Shown here: positions 19,582 to 30,619 of the stretch, one piece after another
How positions within the stretch are numbered: the first letter of the stretch is position 1
Layout of the letters: each line of letters opens with the position of its first letter
Assembly (NCBI GenBank): GCA_944387495.1
Contig: CALXFD010000006.1
Coordinates: forward strand, 1-61,361
Direction: 5' to 3'
Length of the DNA: 61,361 nucleotides
Origin: an uncultured Clostridia bacterium
GTDB taxonomy: Bacteria > Bacillota > Clostridia > TANB77 > CAG-508
The notes under the pieces: generated by a model
What the model was told of the DNA's origin: nothing
Seen by the model: only the letters and a program-made list of their open reading frames with translations
Database searches by the model: none
Translations under genes and position numbers: made by a program

Positions 19582-20650
19582 ATGAGAAAAGGGTTACAGA
19601 ATTTTAATCAAAATGATTCTATTAATAACAATTATAAAATTATAGCAGTTGATGACGAGGAAGGAATTGTTGATTCTTTATCTATCTTTTTAAAGAGAAG
19701 TGGTTATAATTTTACTGGTGTAACAGACCCTATGGAGGCAATTGAAAAAGTTAGGAATGAACATTTTGATTTAATGATTTTAGACTTTATAATGACACCT
19801 ATTCATGGTGACCAAGTTGTTGAAGAAATAAGAAAATTTAATAAGGATTTATATATTTTGTTACTTACTGGTCATAAGGATTTAGCTCCACCTCTTGAAA
19901 CAATAAAAAGATTAGATATTCAAGGATATTGTGAGAAAAGTGATAAATTTGACCAATTGCTTTTATTAATAGAATCTGGTATTAAATCTATTGAGCAAAT
20001 GAATCAAATTAAGAGAATAAATGATGAATTGTCAGATACTTATGAAAAATTAGAAAAAGCTTATTTAGAAAGTATCCAAACTTTACGTTATACTGTTGAA
20101 GCAAAAGATACTTATACAAGAGGTCATTCTGATAGAGTTTCTGAATATTCTGTTTTGATTGGTAAATATATGGGCTTATCTGATGATGATTTAAGGACTT
20201 TACAATTAGGTGGTTTATTTCATGACATTGGTAAAATTGGTGTTCCTGATGTAATTTTACAAAAGGATAGCAAACTTACAGATGATGAGTATTCACAAAT
20301 AAAACAACATCCAAATATAGGAGTACATATTTTATCTAATGCAAGTATTTTTAATGATATTTTACCAATTGTTGAACATCATCATGAAAAATATGATGGT
20401 ACAGGATATCCTCGGAAAATTAGCAGGTGAAGACATTCCTTTTCTTGCAAGAATTGCAGCTGTTGCAGATAGTTTTGATGCTATGGCATCTAGACGTGCT
20501 TATCGTGATTCTTTACCAATGGAAAAAATAATTTCTGAGTTTGAAAGATGTAAAGGTACGCAATTTGACCCTAAAATTGCTGATGTATTCTTAAATATTT
20601 TAAGAGAACATTTTGAGGAAATTAAAAAAATTCAAGAGAAATATGTTTAA
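19582..20650 (+). CDS. Response regulator with HD-GYP phosphodiesterase domain (RpfG-like); +1 frameshift at CGG 20413-20415
   Basis: REC (VDDEE, LDFIM), HSDRV, LFHDIGK, HHHEKYDGTGYP; removing C20413 continues GKLAGEDIPFLARIAAVADSFDAM...RAYR, giving 355 aa. Confidence 0.9.
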
Positions 20651-20684
20651 AATAAAATTGCCTAGAAAATTAGGCAATTTTATT
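20651..20684. terminator. Bidirectional terminator
   Basis: AATAAAATTGCCTA-gaaaat-TAGGCAATTTTATT between convergent genes. Confidence 0.75.
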
Positions 20685-20711
20685 TTATATTTTTATTAAT
20701 ATTTATCTATA

Positions 20712-22905
20712 TTATACTTTCATAGAAAGAGCTACTTTTTGTCTTTCTTTATCTATTTTTATTACTTTAACTTTTACAATATCTCCAACAGATACAATGT
20801 CTGACGGATTTTTTATAAATTTATCACTCATCTCAGATATATGTACTAGTCCATCATGTTTTACTCCAATATCTACAAATGCTCCAAAGTCAATTACATT
20901 TCTTACTGTTCCTGTTAATACCATTCCTTCTTTTAAGTCTTCTAGTTTTAATACATCTGAACGTAAAATTGGTTTTGGCATATCTTCTCTTGGGTCTCTT
21001 CCTGGTTTTGATAATTCTGAAATTATATCTGTTAATGTCATTTCTCCTATTTCTAGTTCTTTTGCCATTTGTGGTATGTCTATTGTTTTTAATTTATTTC
21101 TTAATTCTTCTAGTTTTTCTTTATCTTTTAAATCTTTTTTATCAAATCCTAGATTTGCTAATAATTTTTCTGCTTTCTCATAACTTTCTGGATGCACTGC
21201 TGTTATTTCTAGTGGGTTATCTCCATCTAATATTCTTAAAAATCCTGCACATTGTTCAAATGCAACTTTTCCTAGTTTTGGTACTTTTAATAATTGTTTT
21301 CTATTTTTTAATTTTCCATTTTCATCTCTATATTTTACAATATTTTTAGCAATTGTGTTATTTATTCCTGATACATATGAAAGAAGTGATGGTGTTGCTG
21401 TGTTTACATCTACTCCTACTTTATTAACACTATCTTCTACAACTCCTGTTAAGCTCTCTTGCAATTTCTTTTGGTTTACATCGTGTTGATATTGTCCTAC
21501 CCCTATTGCTTTTGGGTCTATTTTTACAAGTTCTGCTAATGGGTCTTGTAATCTTCTTGCTATTGATATTGCTCCTCTTATTGATACATTTATGTCTGGG
21601 TATTCTTCTGTTGCAAGTTTTGATGCAGAATATACTGATGCTCCTGCTTCACTTACTATTACATAGTGAACTGGTCTTGATGCTTCTTTTAGCATATCTG
21701 CTACAAACATTTCTGATTCTCTTGATGCTGTTCCATTTCCTATTGCTATCATGTCTACTTTGTCTTTTTCTATTAGTTTTAATAATTCTTTTTTTGCTCC
21801 TTCTATATCATTTTGTGGTTCTGTTGGATATACTGTTGTATAGTCTAATACTTTTCCTGTTTCATCTATTACAGCTATTTTACATCCTGTTCTATATGCT
21901 GGGTCAAATCCCATTACTGTTTTTCCTTTTATTGGTGCTCCTAATAATAATTGTTTTGAATTTTGTCCAAATACTTTTATTGCTTTATCTTCTGCTTTTT
22001 CTGTTAAATCTGAACGTATTTCTCTATCTATTGATGGTTCTATTAATCTTTTAAAACTATCTAATATTGTATCTTTTAGCATTCCGTATGAATTGTGTTT
22101 CTCCTTTTATTATGTCTTTTTCTATATATGCTAAGATTTTTTCTTCTGGTTTTTCTATTTTTACTTTTAAAAATTCTTCTTTTTCTCCCCTATTTATTGC
22201 TAAAATTCTATGGCTTGGTATGTATTTTATAGGTTCACTATATTCATAATACATTTCATAATTTGTTCTTTCTTCTTCTTTGCTAGCTTTTGTAACTATT
22301 CTTGCTTCTCTATAACATAATTTTTTTATTTCTTTTCTATATTTTGGCTCATCTGATATATTTTCTGCAATTATATCTAATGCTCCTTGTATTGCTTCTT
22401 CTGCTGTTGCAACTACTTTATCTTTCTTTTTCTTATCTTCTTCTGATAATTTTTCAATATTTATATATTGTTTTGCTATTTCTTCTATTGGTTTTGTTTC
22501 TTTTTGTTCTATAATTATTTGAGCTAATGGCTCTAATCCTTTTGCTTTTGCAACTGTTGCTCTTGTTTTCTTTTTTTGTTTATATGGTCTATATATATCT
22601 TCAACTTCTGCTAGTGTTTTTGCTATTGCTATAGATTTTAATATTTCGTCTGTTAATTTTCCTTGTTCATCTATGGCTCTTACTACTTCTTCTTTTCTTT
22701 GTTCTAAGTTTCTTAGGTAATTTAACCTATCTCCTAAATCTCTAAGTGTTTCATCACTTAGTCCTCCTGTTGCTTCTTTTCTGTAACGTGCGATAAACGG
22801 TATTGTATTTCCTTCATCTATTAATTTTACTGCTGCTTCTACTTGCTTTTCTTTTATGTTTAATTCATCTGCTATTATTTTAATAATTTTTTCCATTTTT
22901 TTCAT
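20712..22905 (-). CDS. tex: Tex family RNA-binding transcriptional accessory protein; +1 frameshift at CGG 22086-22084
   Basis: N-part LIDEGNTIPFIARYRKEATG; C-part GFDPAYRTGCK, EAGASVYSAS, S1 domain FGAFVDIGVKHDGLVHISE; joined by removing one C (~730 aa). Confidence 0.92.
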
Positions 22906-23001
22906 TCCTTTCTTTTGTCTAAGTATATAGCTCTAAAATAATAGGACTACTATGCTCAGCAGTCCTATTATAACAATCCGTAGAGTTTTAGTCAAACTTT
23001 T

Positions 23002-24585
23002 TTATTCAATTCCTAAATATTCATTATATGTACATTCTTTATCTATTACTTTTCCATCTTCTTTTATATCTATTATTCTATTTGCAACTGTTTGTGTTAA
23101 TTCGTGGTCATGTGATGTAAATAAGATATTTCCTATAAATTTTTTCATTCCTTCATTTACAGATGTTATACTTTCCATGTCTAAATGGTTTGTTGGTTCG
23201 TCAAATATTAAGAAATTTGCACCTGATAACATCATTTTTGAAAGTACACATCTTACTTTTTCTCCTCCTGATAAAACTCTAACTTCTTTTAAAGCTTCAT
23301 CTCCTGAAAATAGCATTCTACCTAAAAAGCTTCTTACATATGTTTCATCTGGGTCTTTTGAATATTTTCTTAACCATTCTGTTACATTTTCATCTGTATC
23401 GAATAAATAGTTATTATCTTTTGGGAAATAATTTTGTGTTATTGTTGTTCCCCAAACTAATTCTCCTTCATCTGGTTCTAATTCTCCTGCTATTATTTGG
23501 AATAATACTGTTTTTGCTAATTCATTATCTGCTAAAAATGCTATTTTATTTCCTTCTTTTACTGTAAATGAAATATTATTTAATAATTTTACACCATCTA
23601 CTGTTTTAGATATATTCTTTACTTGTAATATTTCTTTACCTGGTTCTCTATCTGGTTTAAAATCTACATATGGATATTTTCTATTTGATGGTTTTATTTC
23701 TTCTAATTGGATTTTTTCTAATGTTTTCTTTCTAGATGTAGCTTGTTTTGATTTTGAAGCATTTGCACTAAATCTTGCAATAAAGTCTTGTAATTCTTTT
23801 ATTTTTTCTTCTTTCTTTTTGTTTTGTTCTCTTGCTTGTTTTAATGCTAATTGACTTGATTCATACCAGAAATCATAATTTCCTGGATATACTTTTATTT
23901 GTCCAAAATCCACATCTGCTATATGTGTACACACTTTATTTAAAAAATATCTATCATGTGATACAACAATTACTGTATTTTCAAAATTAATTAAAAATTC
24001 TTGTAGCCAGTTTATACTCTTTAAATCTAAGTCATTTGTTGGCTCGTCTAGTAATAATACATCTGGATTTCCAAAAAGACTTTGTGCTAATAAGATTTTT
24101 ACTTTATCTTTTGCTTCTAATTCTTTCATTAATTTATAATGGTCTTCTGGAACTATTCCTAAATCATTTAATAAAATTGAAGCATCTGACTCAGCATTCC
24201 ATCCATCTAATTCTGCAAATCTTTCTTCTAATTTTGCAGCTTTCATTCCATCTTCTTCTGAGAAATCTGGTTTTGCATATATAGCTTCTTTTTCTTTCAT
24301 GATGTCATATAATTCTTTATTTCCCATTAATACTGTATCCATTACTGTATATTCTTCATATGCAAAGTGGTCTTGTTTTAATACTGATAATCTTTCTCCT
24401 TTATCTAATGTTACATCACCTTTGCTTGGTTCTAGCTCTCCTGATAATACTTTTAAGAATGTAGATTTTCCTGCTCCATTTGCTCCTATTATTCCATAAC
24501 AATTACCTTTTGCAAATTTTATATTTACATCTTCAAATAAGATTCTTTTTCCAAATCTTACTGTTACTCCATTTGCACTTAGCAT
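23002..24585 (-). CDS. ABC-F family ATPase
   Basis: Two ABC cassettes (GANGAGKST, LLLDEPTNDLD, LSGGE, FDEPTNHLD), linker, no TM segments. Confidence 0.92.
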   Translation of the reverse strand: MLSANGVTVRFGKRILFEDVNIKFAKGNCYGIIGANGAGKSTFLKVLSGELEPSKGDVTLDKGERLSVLKQDHFAYEEYTVMDTVLMGNKELYDIMKEKEAIYAKPDFSEEDGMKAAKLEERFAELDGWNAESDASILLNDLGIVPEDHYKLMKELEAKDKVKILLAQSLFGNPDVLLLDEPTNDLDLKSINWLQEFLINFENTVIVVSHDRYFLNKVCTHIADVDFGQIKVYPGNYDFWYESSQLALKQAREQNKKKEEKIKELQDFIARFSANASKSKQATSRKKTLEKIQLEEIKPSNRKYPYVDFKPDREPGKEILQVKNISKTVDGVKLLNNISFTVKEGNKIAFLADNELAKTVLFQIIAGELEPDEGELVWGTTITQNYFPKDNNYLFDTDENVTEWLRKYSKDPDETYVRSFLGRMLFSGDEALKEVRVLSGGEKVRCVLSKMMLSGANFLIFDEPTNHLDMESITSVNEGMKKFIGNILFTSHDHELTQTVANRIIDIKEDGKVIDKECTYNEYLGIE

Positions 24586-24706
24586 TTACTTCATTCCTTT
24601 CATGTATTTTAATATTTTTTATCTCTATTTAAGCTTTTATATTATATACTAATTTTTCAAGGTTTTCAAGGTTATTCATGAAAAAAGAGAAACAACGGTG
24701 TTCCTC

Positions 24707-24916
24707 TTAATCTTTATCATCAAATAATAATTTAATTCCCCATAATCCAGATAATCCTACAAGACCATATACTATTCTAGATAATACTGTCATTTCTCCA
24801 AATATTGCTGCTACTAAGTCAAAATTAAATAATGCTATTAATCCCCAGTTTATTGCACCTATTATGATTAATATTAGTGCAATTTTATCTATTATTTTCA
24901 TTTCATTTTCCTCCAT
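24707..24916 (-). CDS. DUF378 family small membrane protein
   Basis: IIGAINWGLI..F.FDLVAAIFG...SRIVY.LVGL motif. Confidence 0.88.
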   Translation of the reverse strand: MEENEMKIIDKIALILIIIGAINWGLIALFNFDLVAAIFGEMTVLSRIVYGLVGLSGLWGIKLLFDDKD

Positions 24917-25021
24917 TCTTTTATTTTTTTATTATTATATGTTTTTTTATAAAACTTATTCATTTTATTGAATTTTTTTGTTTTTTATGATAATTTGTAT
25001 ATAATATTATGGAGGAAAAAA

Positions 25022-26302
25022 ATGAGAAGAAAAGGTAGAAATAAAAGGAATTTTGTTAAAAAAAATGATAATACTAAACAAATTATACATGTCCTTTCAA
25101 GAACAATTATTATGTTGTTAATACTTTTTTCAATTGTTACTATTTTTACTATTTTAAACAATTGGAAAGATTATAAGGAACTTGTTCAGGCTTCTAATAT
25201 GGAAGTGTTGCAAGAAAGTGTTGAAGAAAATTTAGAAGAGAGTTCTGATGACACTGCTTCTAATACTGATACTACCTTTACTTTAACAGCTATTGGAGAT
25301 ATTGTTGGTAATACTTCTTTGACTTCTGATGCTTTAAATACTTCTACAAATCAATATGATTTTTCATATATTTTTGAAGATATTAGCTATTATATTAAGA
25401 ATTCGAGTATTACTGTTGCTAATTTAGAAACTACCTTTTCAGGAGAAGCTAATGGTTATCGTAATTATTCACGTTATAATTCTCCTGATAAGTTGGCAAA
25501 TAACTTAAAAAAATTAGGTGTTGATGTTGTTTCTACTGCGGGAAATCATTGTTTAGATTATGGATATGATGGTCTTTCAAGAACTATTGATGTTTTAGAC
25601 CAAGCTGACATTTCTCATGTTGGTACATATAATTCTAAGGGAAGCCAAGATTCAATATTGATAAAATATGTAAAAGGAATTAAATTAGCTTTTATTGATT
25701 TTACATTTAGTTCTAATAAGCTAAATATTCCTTCTGATAAATCTTATTGTGTTAATTTAATAGATAAAGATTTTATTAAAGAGCAATTAGATTTAGCTAA
25801 AAAACAGTCTCCTGATATAATTATTTGTTCTATTCATTGGGGTAATGAAAACTCTTCAAGTATTACATCTTCTCAAAAAGAATATGCTGATTTTATTTTT
25901 GAAAATGGTGCAGATATTATTTTAGGAACACATCCTCATTTATTACAACCTATGGAAAAGAGAACAGTTACACTTCAAGATGGCACTACTAAGGATGGAT
26001 TTATTATTTATTCATTGGGTGATTTTATAAATGGAAAAAATCAAAAGAAATATAATAGTTCTGTAATTTTAGAACTTACTATTACAAAACATACTGATAA
26101 TAAAATTACAATTGATAAGGCAAATTATATTCCTATTTATATGTATAAAGATAATAGTAAAAAATATAATAAATTTAGGTTATTAGATACAAATAATGTT
26201 ATATCTCTTTATGATCAAGGTGTTGATACTAGTATTGGAAAAAATATGTATTCTACCTTAAAAGATTCGTTAAACAGTATCAAGTCTGCATTAGGTCAAT
26301 AA
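25022..26302 (+). CDS. CapA/PgsA family metallophosphoesterase-like protein, membrane anchored
   Basis: AIGD, ANLET, AGNHCLDYG, SIHWGNE, GTHPHLLQP, YSLGDF; ATG 25022 after GGAGG. Confidence 0.88.
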   Translation: MRRKGRNKRNFVKKNDNTKQIIHVLSRTIIMLLILFSIVTIFTILNNWKDYKELVQASNMEVLQESVEENLEESSDDTASNTDTTFTLTAIGDIVGNTSLTSDALNTSTNQYDFSYIFEDISYYIKNSSITVANLETTFSGEANGYRNYSRYNSPDKLANNLKKLGVDVVSTAGNHCLDYGYDGLSRTIDVLDQADISHVGTYNSKGSQDSILIKYVKGIKLAFIDFTFSSNKLNIPSDKSYCVNLIDKDFIKEQLDLAKKQSPDIIICSIHWGNENSSSITSSQKEYADFIFENGADIILGTHPHLLQPMEKRTVTLQDGTTKDGFIIYSLGDFINGKNQKKYNSSVILELTITKHTDNKITIDKANYIPIYMYKDNSKKYNKFRLLDTNNVISLYDQGVDTSIGKNMYSTLKDSLNSIKSALGQ

Positions 26303-26319
26303 ATTTATTTTATTTGGAT

Positions 26320-26361
26320 AAAAAGAAGATGACTAATTTAATTATAAGTCATCTTCTTTTT
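26320..26361. terminator. Bidirectional terminator
   Basis: AAAAAGAAGATGACT...AGTCATCTTCTTTTT between convergent genes. Confidence 0.7.
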
Positions 26362-26368
26362 TTATATA

Positions 26369-27328
26369 TTAATTCAACATATCTTTTTTCTTTAACCACC
26401 ATGTTACGGCAAGTGTTGTTATTGTTGCAATTAAAATCATTATTGCAAATCCCATTGGGCTATTTTGAAACGGTAAATTTACATTCATTCCCCAAAAGCT
26501 TGATATCATAGTTGGTATTGCTAATACTATTGTTATTGATGTTAAAAATTTCATTACTCCATTTAAGTTGTTTGAAATGATTGATGCATATGCATCCATA
26601 GTTCCATTTAAGATATCTCTATATATTTGTGCCATTTCTATTGCTTGCCTATTTTCGATAATTGCATCTTCTAATATGTCTTCATCTTCTTCATATAATT
26701 TTACAATTTTTCCTCTCATAGTTTTTTCCATTACCATTTCATTTGATTTTAATGATGTTGTAAAATAAACTAAACCTTTTTCTAAGCTTAATAATTTTAA
26801 TAATTCTTTGTTTTTCATAGAATTTTTTAATATATATTCTGCTATTTCTGTTTCTTTATTTATTTGTTTTAGGTAATTTAAAAAATATGATGAGTTTAAA
26901 TAGAATATTTGGAAAATAAATCTTGTCTTTTTATATGTTTGGAAATTTTTTATTTTCCTTTTTTCAAAATCTTCTATTATTTTATTTTTTCTTAAACTTA
27001 CTGTTATGAAAAAGTCATCTCTTACAACAATCAATCCTAATGGCATTGTTGTATAAATATCATTTTCTTCGTTTTTTTCTATTATTGGCACATCTATAAC
27101 AAATAATATTGTATTATCATCTTCTTCTGTGTCAATTCTGGCTTTTTCTTCATAATCTAGTGCATCTCTTATAAAGTCTTCTTGTATATTTATTCCTTCA
27201 CATACTTTTTTTATTTCTTGTTCGGAGGGATTTACCAAGTTTATCCAGCTTCCTTTTTTAAATTCTTTAATTTCTTCAACTTTGTTTGTTTCTAAATTTG
27301 TGTTATATATTTTTAGCATATCCCTCAC
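26369..27328 (-). CDS. corA: CorA family magnesium transporter
   Basis: WINLVNP, NNLNGVMKFLT, FWGMNV (GMN signature), two C-terminal TMs. Confidence 0.9.
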   Translation of the reverse strand: MRDMLKIYNTNLETNKVEEIKEFKKGSWINLVNPSEQEIKKVCEGINIQEDFIRDALDYEEKARIDTEEDDNTILFVIDVPIIEKNEENDIYTTMPLGLIVVRDDFFITVSLRKNKIIEDFEKRKIKNFQTYKKTRFIFQIFYLNSSYFLNYLKQINKETEIAEYILKNSMKNKELLKLLSLEKGLVYFTTSLKSNEMVMEKTMRGKIVKLYEEDEDILEDAIIENRQAIEMAQIYRDILNGTMDAYASIISNNLNGVMKFLTSITIVLAIPTMISSFWGMNVNLPFQNSPMGFAIMILIATITTLAVTWWLKKKDMLN

Positions 27329-27434
27329 ACCTACCTTTTTTTATTTACATAATTTATTCTTTATCATATTAAAAAACTATATAAAAATGAAAGCATTATA
27401 TAATTTTATGTTTCACTTTATATAGTTAAACTGT

Positions 27435-27510
27435 TGGTGCGCCATAGAGGGGTCGAACCTCCGACCATCAGATTAAGAGTCTGCTGCTCTGCCAACTGAG
27501 CTAATGGCGC
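27435..27510 (-). tRNA. tRNA-Lys (anticodon CTT)
   Basis: Cloverleaf GCGCCAT...ATGGCGC-ACCA; anticodon loop CT-CTT-AA; TTGACA-17-TATAAT promoter at 27553-27525. Confidence 0.95.
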
Positions 27511-27680
27511 ATAACACTTTTTTAATTATATTACCTTTTTTGCATATTGTCAACATTTTTCAGTCTTTAAACATAAAAAATCTAATTCGTCTTTTATACA
27601 AATTGCCGAAATTATATTAAAAACAAATGAACTCGAATTATTATAAAAATTTAATAATTCAAGTTCATTTTATAATTTTT

Positions 27681-29705
27681 TTAATTTTCCGCTACTGTAT
27701 TTCCATTTTGTTCTGTACTTGTCGTATTTTCTTGTTTTTCTTCTGTCTGTGTGTTTTCTGTTTTTGTTTGAGGTGCTGTTTGTGTTGTTCCTGCTTTTCC
27801 TCTTCTAACAATTCTTTGCATTGCACTATATGTATCTTTTGATAATAATTTAGTAGATATTACTTTTCCATTTTGCATTTTTGTCATATAAGTTTCTGTG
27901 ACTAATCCATTTGCACCTTTTTGTTTTACTACTTCTTTTCCTGATGCTAGGCTTGAATCTTCTATATATTTTGTTGTATATGGTATTGTTTTTATTGTCT
28001 TTGTACTAAAAGTATATGTATATTCTCTTGATTCTTCTTTTATTCCAAATATTGATATTTTTGCAATTCCATTTTGGCAAGATGCCATTATTTTTATAGG
28101 ATATGTTCTTGTATTTTTAAATTTAAAATCTATTGCTCCATATACTACTGTTGCATCTCTACCTGCTCCTACATATGATGTAACAAATTGGTGATTTGTT
28201 CTTGATACTATTTCCATATCTGACATTAATGCTGCATTATATAATGTTGAAGATATTTGGCAAATACCTCCTCCTATTCCATCTACTACTTCTCCATTTT
28301 CATATACTTTTGCATTTTTATAACCTGCTTGTGTTGTTCTTGCACCTAAGGTTGCATTATATGAAAATGTTTCTCCTGCTAATACTACTTTTCCATTTAA
28401 TTTTTGGCATGCTAATCGTAAATTTGTTGTTCTATCTTTATCACTTGCATCATATCTAGTAGAAAATGTTGATAATTGGTCTGGAAATGCTTCTGGACCT
28501 ATTTGGTCTATTGTTATTTTTGGTTTTGTTATTGTTAATTTTATTACATATTCATCTTTATCTTCACTTTCTATAAGTTTTTTTGCTGCTTCAACATCGA
28601 AATCTACGCCTTCTACTTCTGGATATACTGTAAATGGATTTTTTGTATAATATGCATCTTTGGCTTCTTTATATATTTCACTATGTATTTTATCAATATC
28701 TATTGGTGTTGGTTCTTTATTTGTTACAGGAATTTCTATAAAATTCTCTTTTTCGTTTATATCGTTTAATTTATCTTTTACTTGATTTAATAAATTATCT
28801 GTATCAATATAAATTCCTGCTTTTCCTTTTGTTATTATTAAGTTTTCTCCTTCTACACTATAACTTGATTCTGTACATATTCCTGGTAAATTTAGCCCTA
28901 TATCATTTATTGTTTGTTTTGTTACATCTTCATTTAATGACATATTAACATTAATATCTTTTTTTGATATTAGTGTAAATAAAATGTTATAGTTATTTAC
29001 AAAAATATTTGAACTTTTACCTATTTCGTAAGCTTCTTCTACTGCTTTATCAATATCATATTTTACTTCCATTAGTGTTGGGTTTAATTCTGCTTCATAT
29101 TCTTGGTATTTTAGTTCTATATCTTTTTCCATCTTTTCATTATATACCAATTCCAGTTTTGCCTTTGCTTCTTCTTTTGTTAGTCCTGATACATCAATTC
29201 CTTTTATTGATACTCCACTTATTATTTTTTCATTATTTATATTTATAAAGGCAAATACTGTTGAAAAAACTAATGCAATAGCCATAACTATAATTGTTGC
29301 TATTAATATTTTTACCCATCTTTTCTTCTTAGGCTTTTCCTTTTTTTCCATTTCTTCTATTTCTTTTTTATTTTTCTTATTTTTTATGTCTGCCTTTTCA
29401 AATTTTGGAGCATTTTCTTCTGTTTGCTTAACCTTTTTATATTTCTTCTTTTTTGAGTCTTTCTTTTCTGTTTTTTCATGTACTTTTTCTTTGTTTTTCT
29501 TTTCTTCTTCTTTTTGCTTTTTAGCCTTTTTGGCTTCTTTTTCATTCTCTATTGAAGGATTTTTAGTTTTATTTTCTTCTTTGTTTTCAACAGTTGTTTC
29601 ATTTTCTATTAAGTTATTTTCTTTTTCCAAATTTTTTTCTTTGGTTTTTTTATTGTCTTTCATTTCTTTTTCCTCCAATTCCTTTTCTTTTAAGTTACTT
29701 TCCAT
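27681..29705 (-). CDS. VanW family protein with PG-binding and G5 domains
   Basis: GETFSYN, GIGGGICQISSTLYNA, GRDATV, DFKFKN (VanW); C-terminal G5-like KEVVKQKGANG; Lys/Glu-rich N-terminus plus TM; ATG 29705. Confidence 0.9.
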   Translation of the reverse strand: MESNLKEKELEEKEMKDNKKTKEKNLEKENNLIENETTVENKEENKTKNPSIENEKEAKKAKKQKEEEKKNKEKVHEKTEKKDSKKKKYKKVKQTEENAPKFEKADIKNKKNKKEIEEMEKKEKPKKKRWVKILIATIIVMAIALVFSTVFAFININNEKIISGVSIKGIDVSGLTKEEAKAKLELVYNEKMEKDIELKYQEYEAELNPTLMEVKYDIDKAVEEAYEIGKSSNIFVNNYNILFTLISKKDINVNMSLNEDVTKQTINDIGLNLPGICTESSYSVEGENLIITKGKAGIYIDTDNLLNQVKDKLNDINEKENFIEIPVTNKEPTPIDIDKIHSEIYKEAKDAYYTKNPFTVYPEVEGVDFDVEAAKKLIESEDKDEYVIKLTITKPKITIDQIGPEAFPDQLSTFSTRYDASDKDRTTNLRLACQKLNGKVVLAGETFSYNATLGARTTQAGYKNAKVYENGEVVDGIGGGICQISSTLYNAALMSDMEIVSRTNHQFVTSYVGAGRDATVVYGAIDFKFKNTRTYPIKIMASCQNGIAKISIFGIKEESREYTYTFSTKTIKTIPYTTKYIEDSSLASGKEVVKQKGANGLVTETYMTKMQNGKVISTKLLSKDTYSAMQRIVRRGKAGTTQTAPQTKTENTQTEEKQENTTSTEQNGNTVAEN

Positions 29706-30081
29706 ATTTTTTCCCCTCTTACTTTTAATCTCTTTTTTCTTTATATAAATATTATCATATTCTTTATTTTTTGACAATATTTTTAAAGTGGTTATAATTG
29801 TTATTTTTATATATGTTCCTCTAATACCTTTCTATATTTTGAGTTTATATTTTATTTATATGAATATAGTTAATTATATGTTATTTATATCATATCTATA
29901 TGATTTCTATATGTTAAATTTGTTTTATTTTTTTGTAATTTCCTGTTTGTTATGTTACATTTCTGTTACAAATTCATGACATTTTTGTTATTTTGTTTAT
30001 TTTTAACTAAAATGCTTGAACATTGTAAAATTTAATATTATAATGTGTGTAGCAAAAGATAAATAAGGAGAGGTTTTTAAA

Positions 30082-30558
30082 ATGGAACTAACAAAAAATA
30101 TATTTTTTAATACTGATAAATTAGTTGAAAATAGCAAAGTTAAAATTTCATATACTGGTAAGTTTTTTCAGGATGCTTCTGAGGAGGTATCTATTCATTA
30201 TGGTTTTGGCAATAACTGGGATAATATAAATGATGTAAAAATGGAAAAAACAGATTTAGGTTTCCAAGCTGAAATCCAATTACTTGAAGGAGATACTTTT
30301 AATTTCTGTTTTAAAAATGGAAATGATGAATGGGATAATAATGATGGTCAAAATTATGTTTTTAACTTAGAAAAACTACCAACTGAATTGTTAGTTTTAG
30401 AAGATGAGCCTGTTAGTTTAGGTTCTCCTCGTAAATTAAGAAAAGCATATTTATGGAGTAAAAAAATACGTTTAGCAGTTTATAAGATTATTACTTATCT
30501 TCCAAAAATTATTTCTGGAAATTATAGAAAAAAAGCAACAAAAAATGAAGAAAATTAA
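30082..30558 (+). CDS. Carbohydrate (starch)-binding module protein
   Basis: IHYGFGNNW, FNFCFK, EWDNNDGQNY motifs of CBM25/CBM53-type modules. Confidence 0.78.
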   Translation: MELTKNIFFNTDKLVENSKVKISYTGKFFQDASEEVSIHYGFGNNWDNINDVKMEKTDLGFQAEIQLLEGDTFNFCFKNGNDEWDNNDGQNYVFNLEKLPTELLVLEDEPVSLGSPRKLRKAYLWSKKIRLAVYKIITYLPKIISGNYRKKATKNEEN

Positions 30559-30577
30559 TTATATAGATTATAATTTT

Positions 30578-30609
30578 AAAAGTAGTACAAATTATTTTGT
30601 ACTACTTTT
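30578..30609. terminator. Bidirectional terminator
   Basis: AAAAGTAGTACAAA-ttat-TTTGTACTACTTTT. Confidence 0.75.
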
Positions 30610-30619
30610 TGTTATTATT

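Noticed and set aside
27375..27427. Mg-sensing riboswitch upstream of corA
   Set aside because: Only a simple AT-rich hairpin after tRNA-Lys; no M-box features and too little space.
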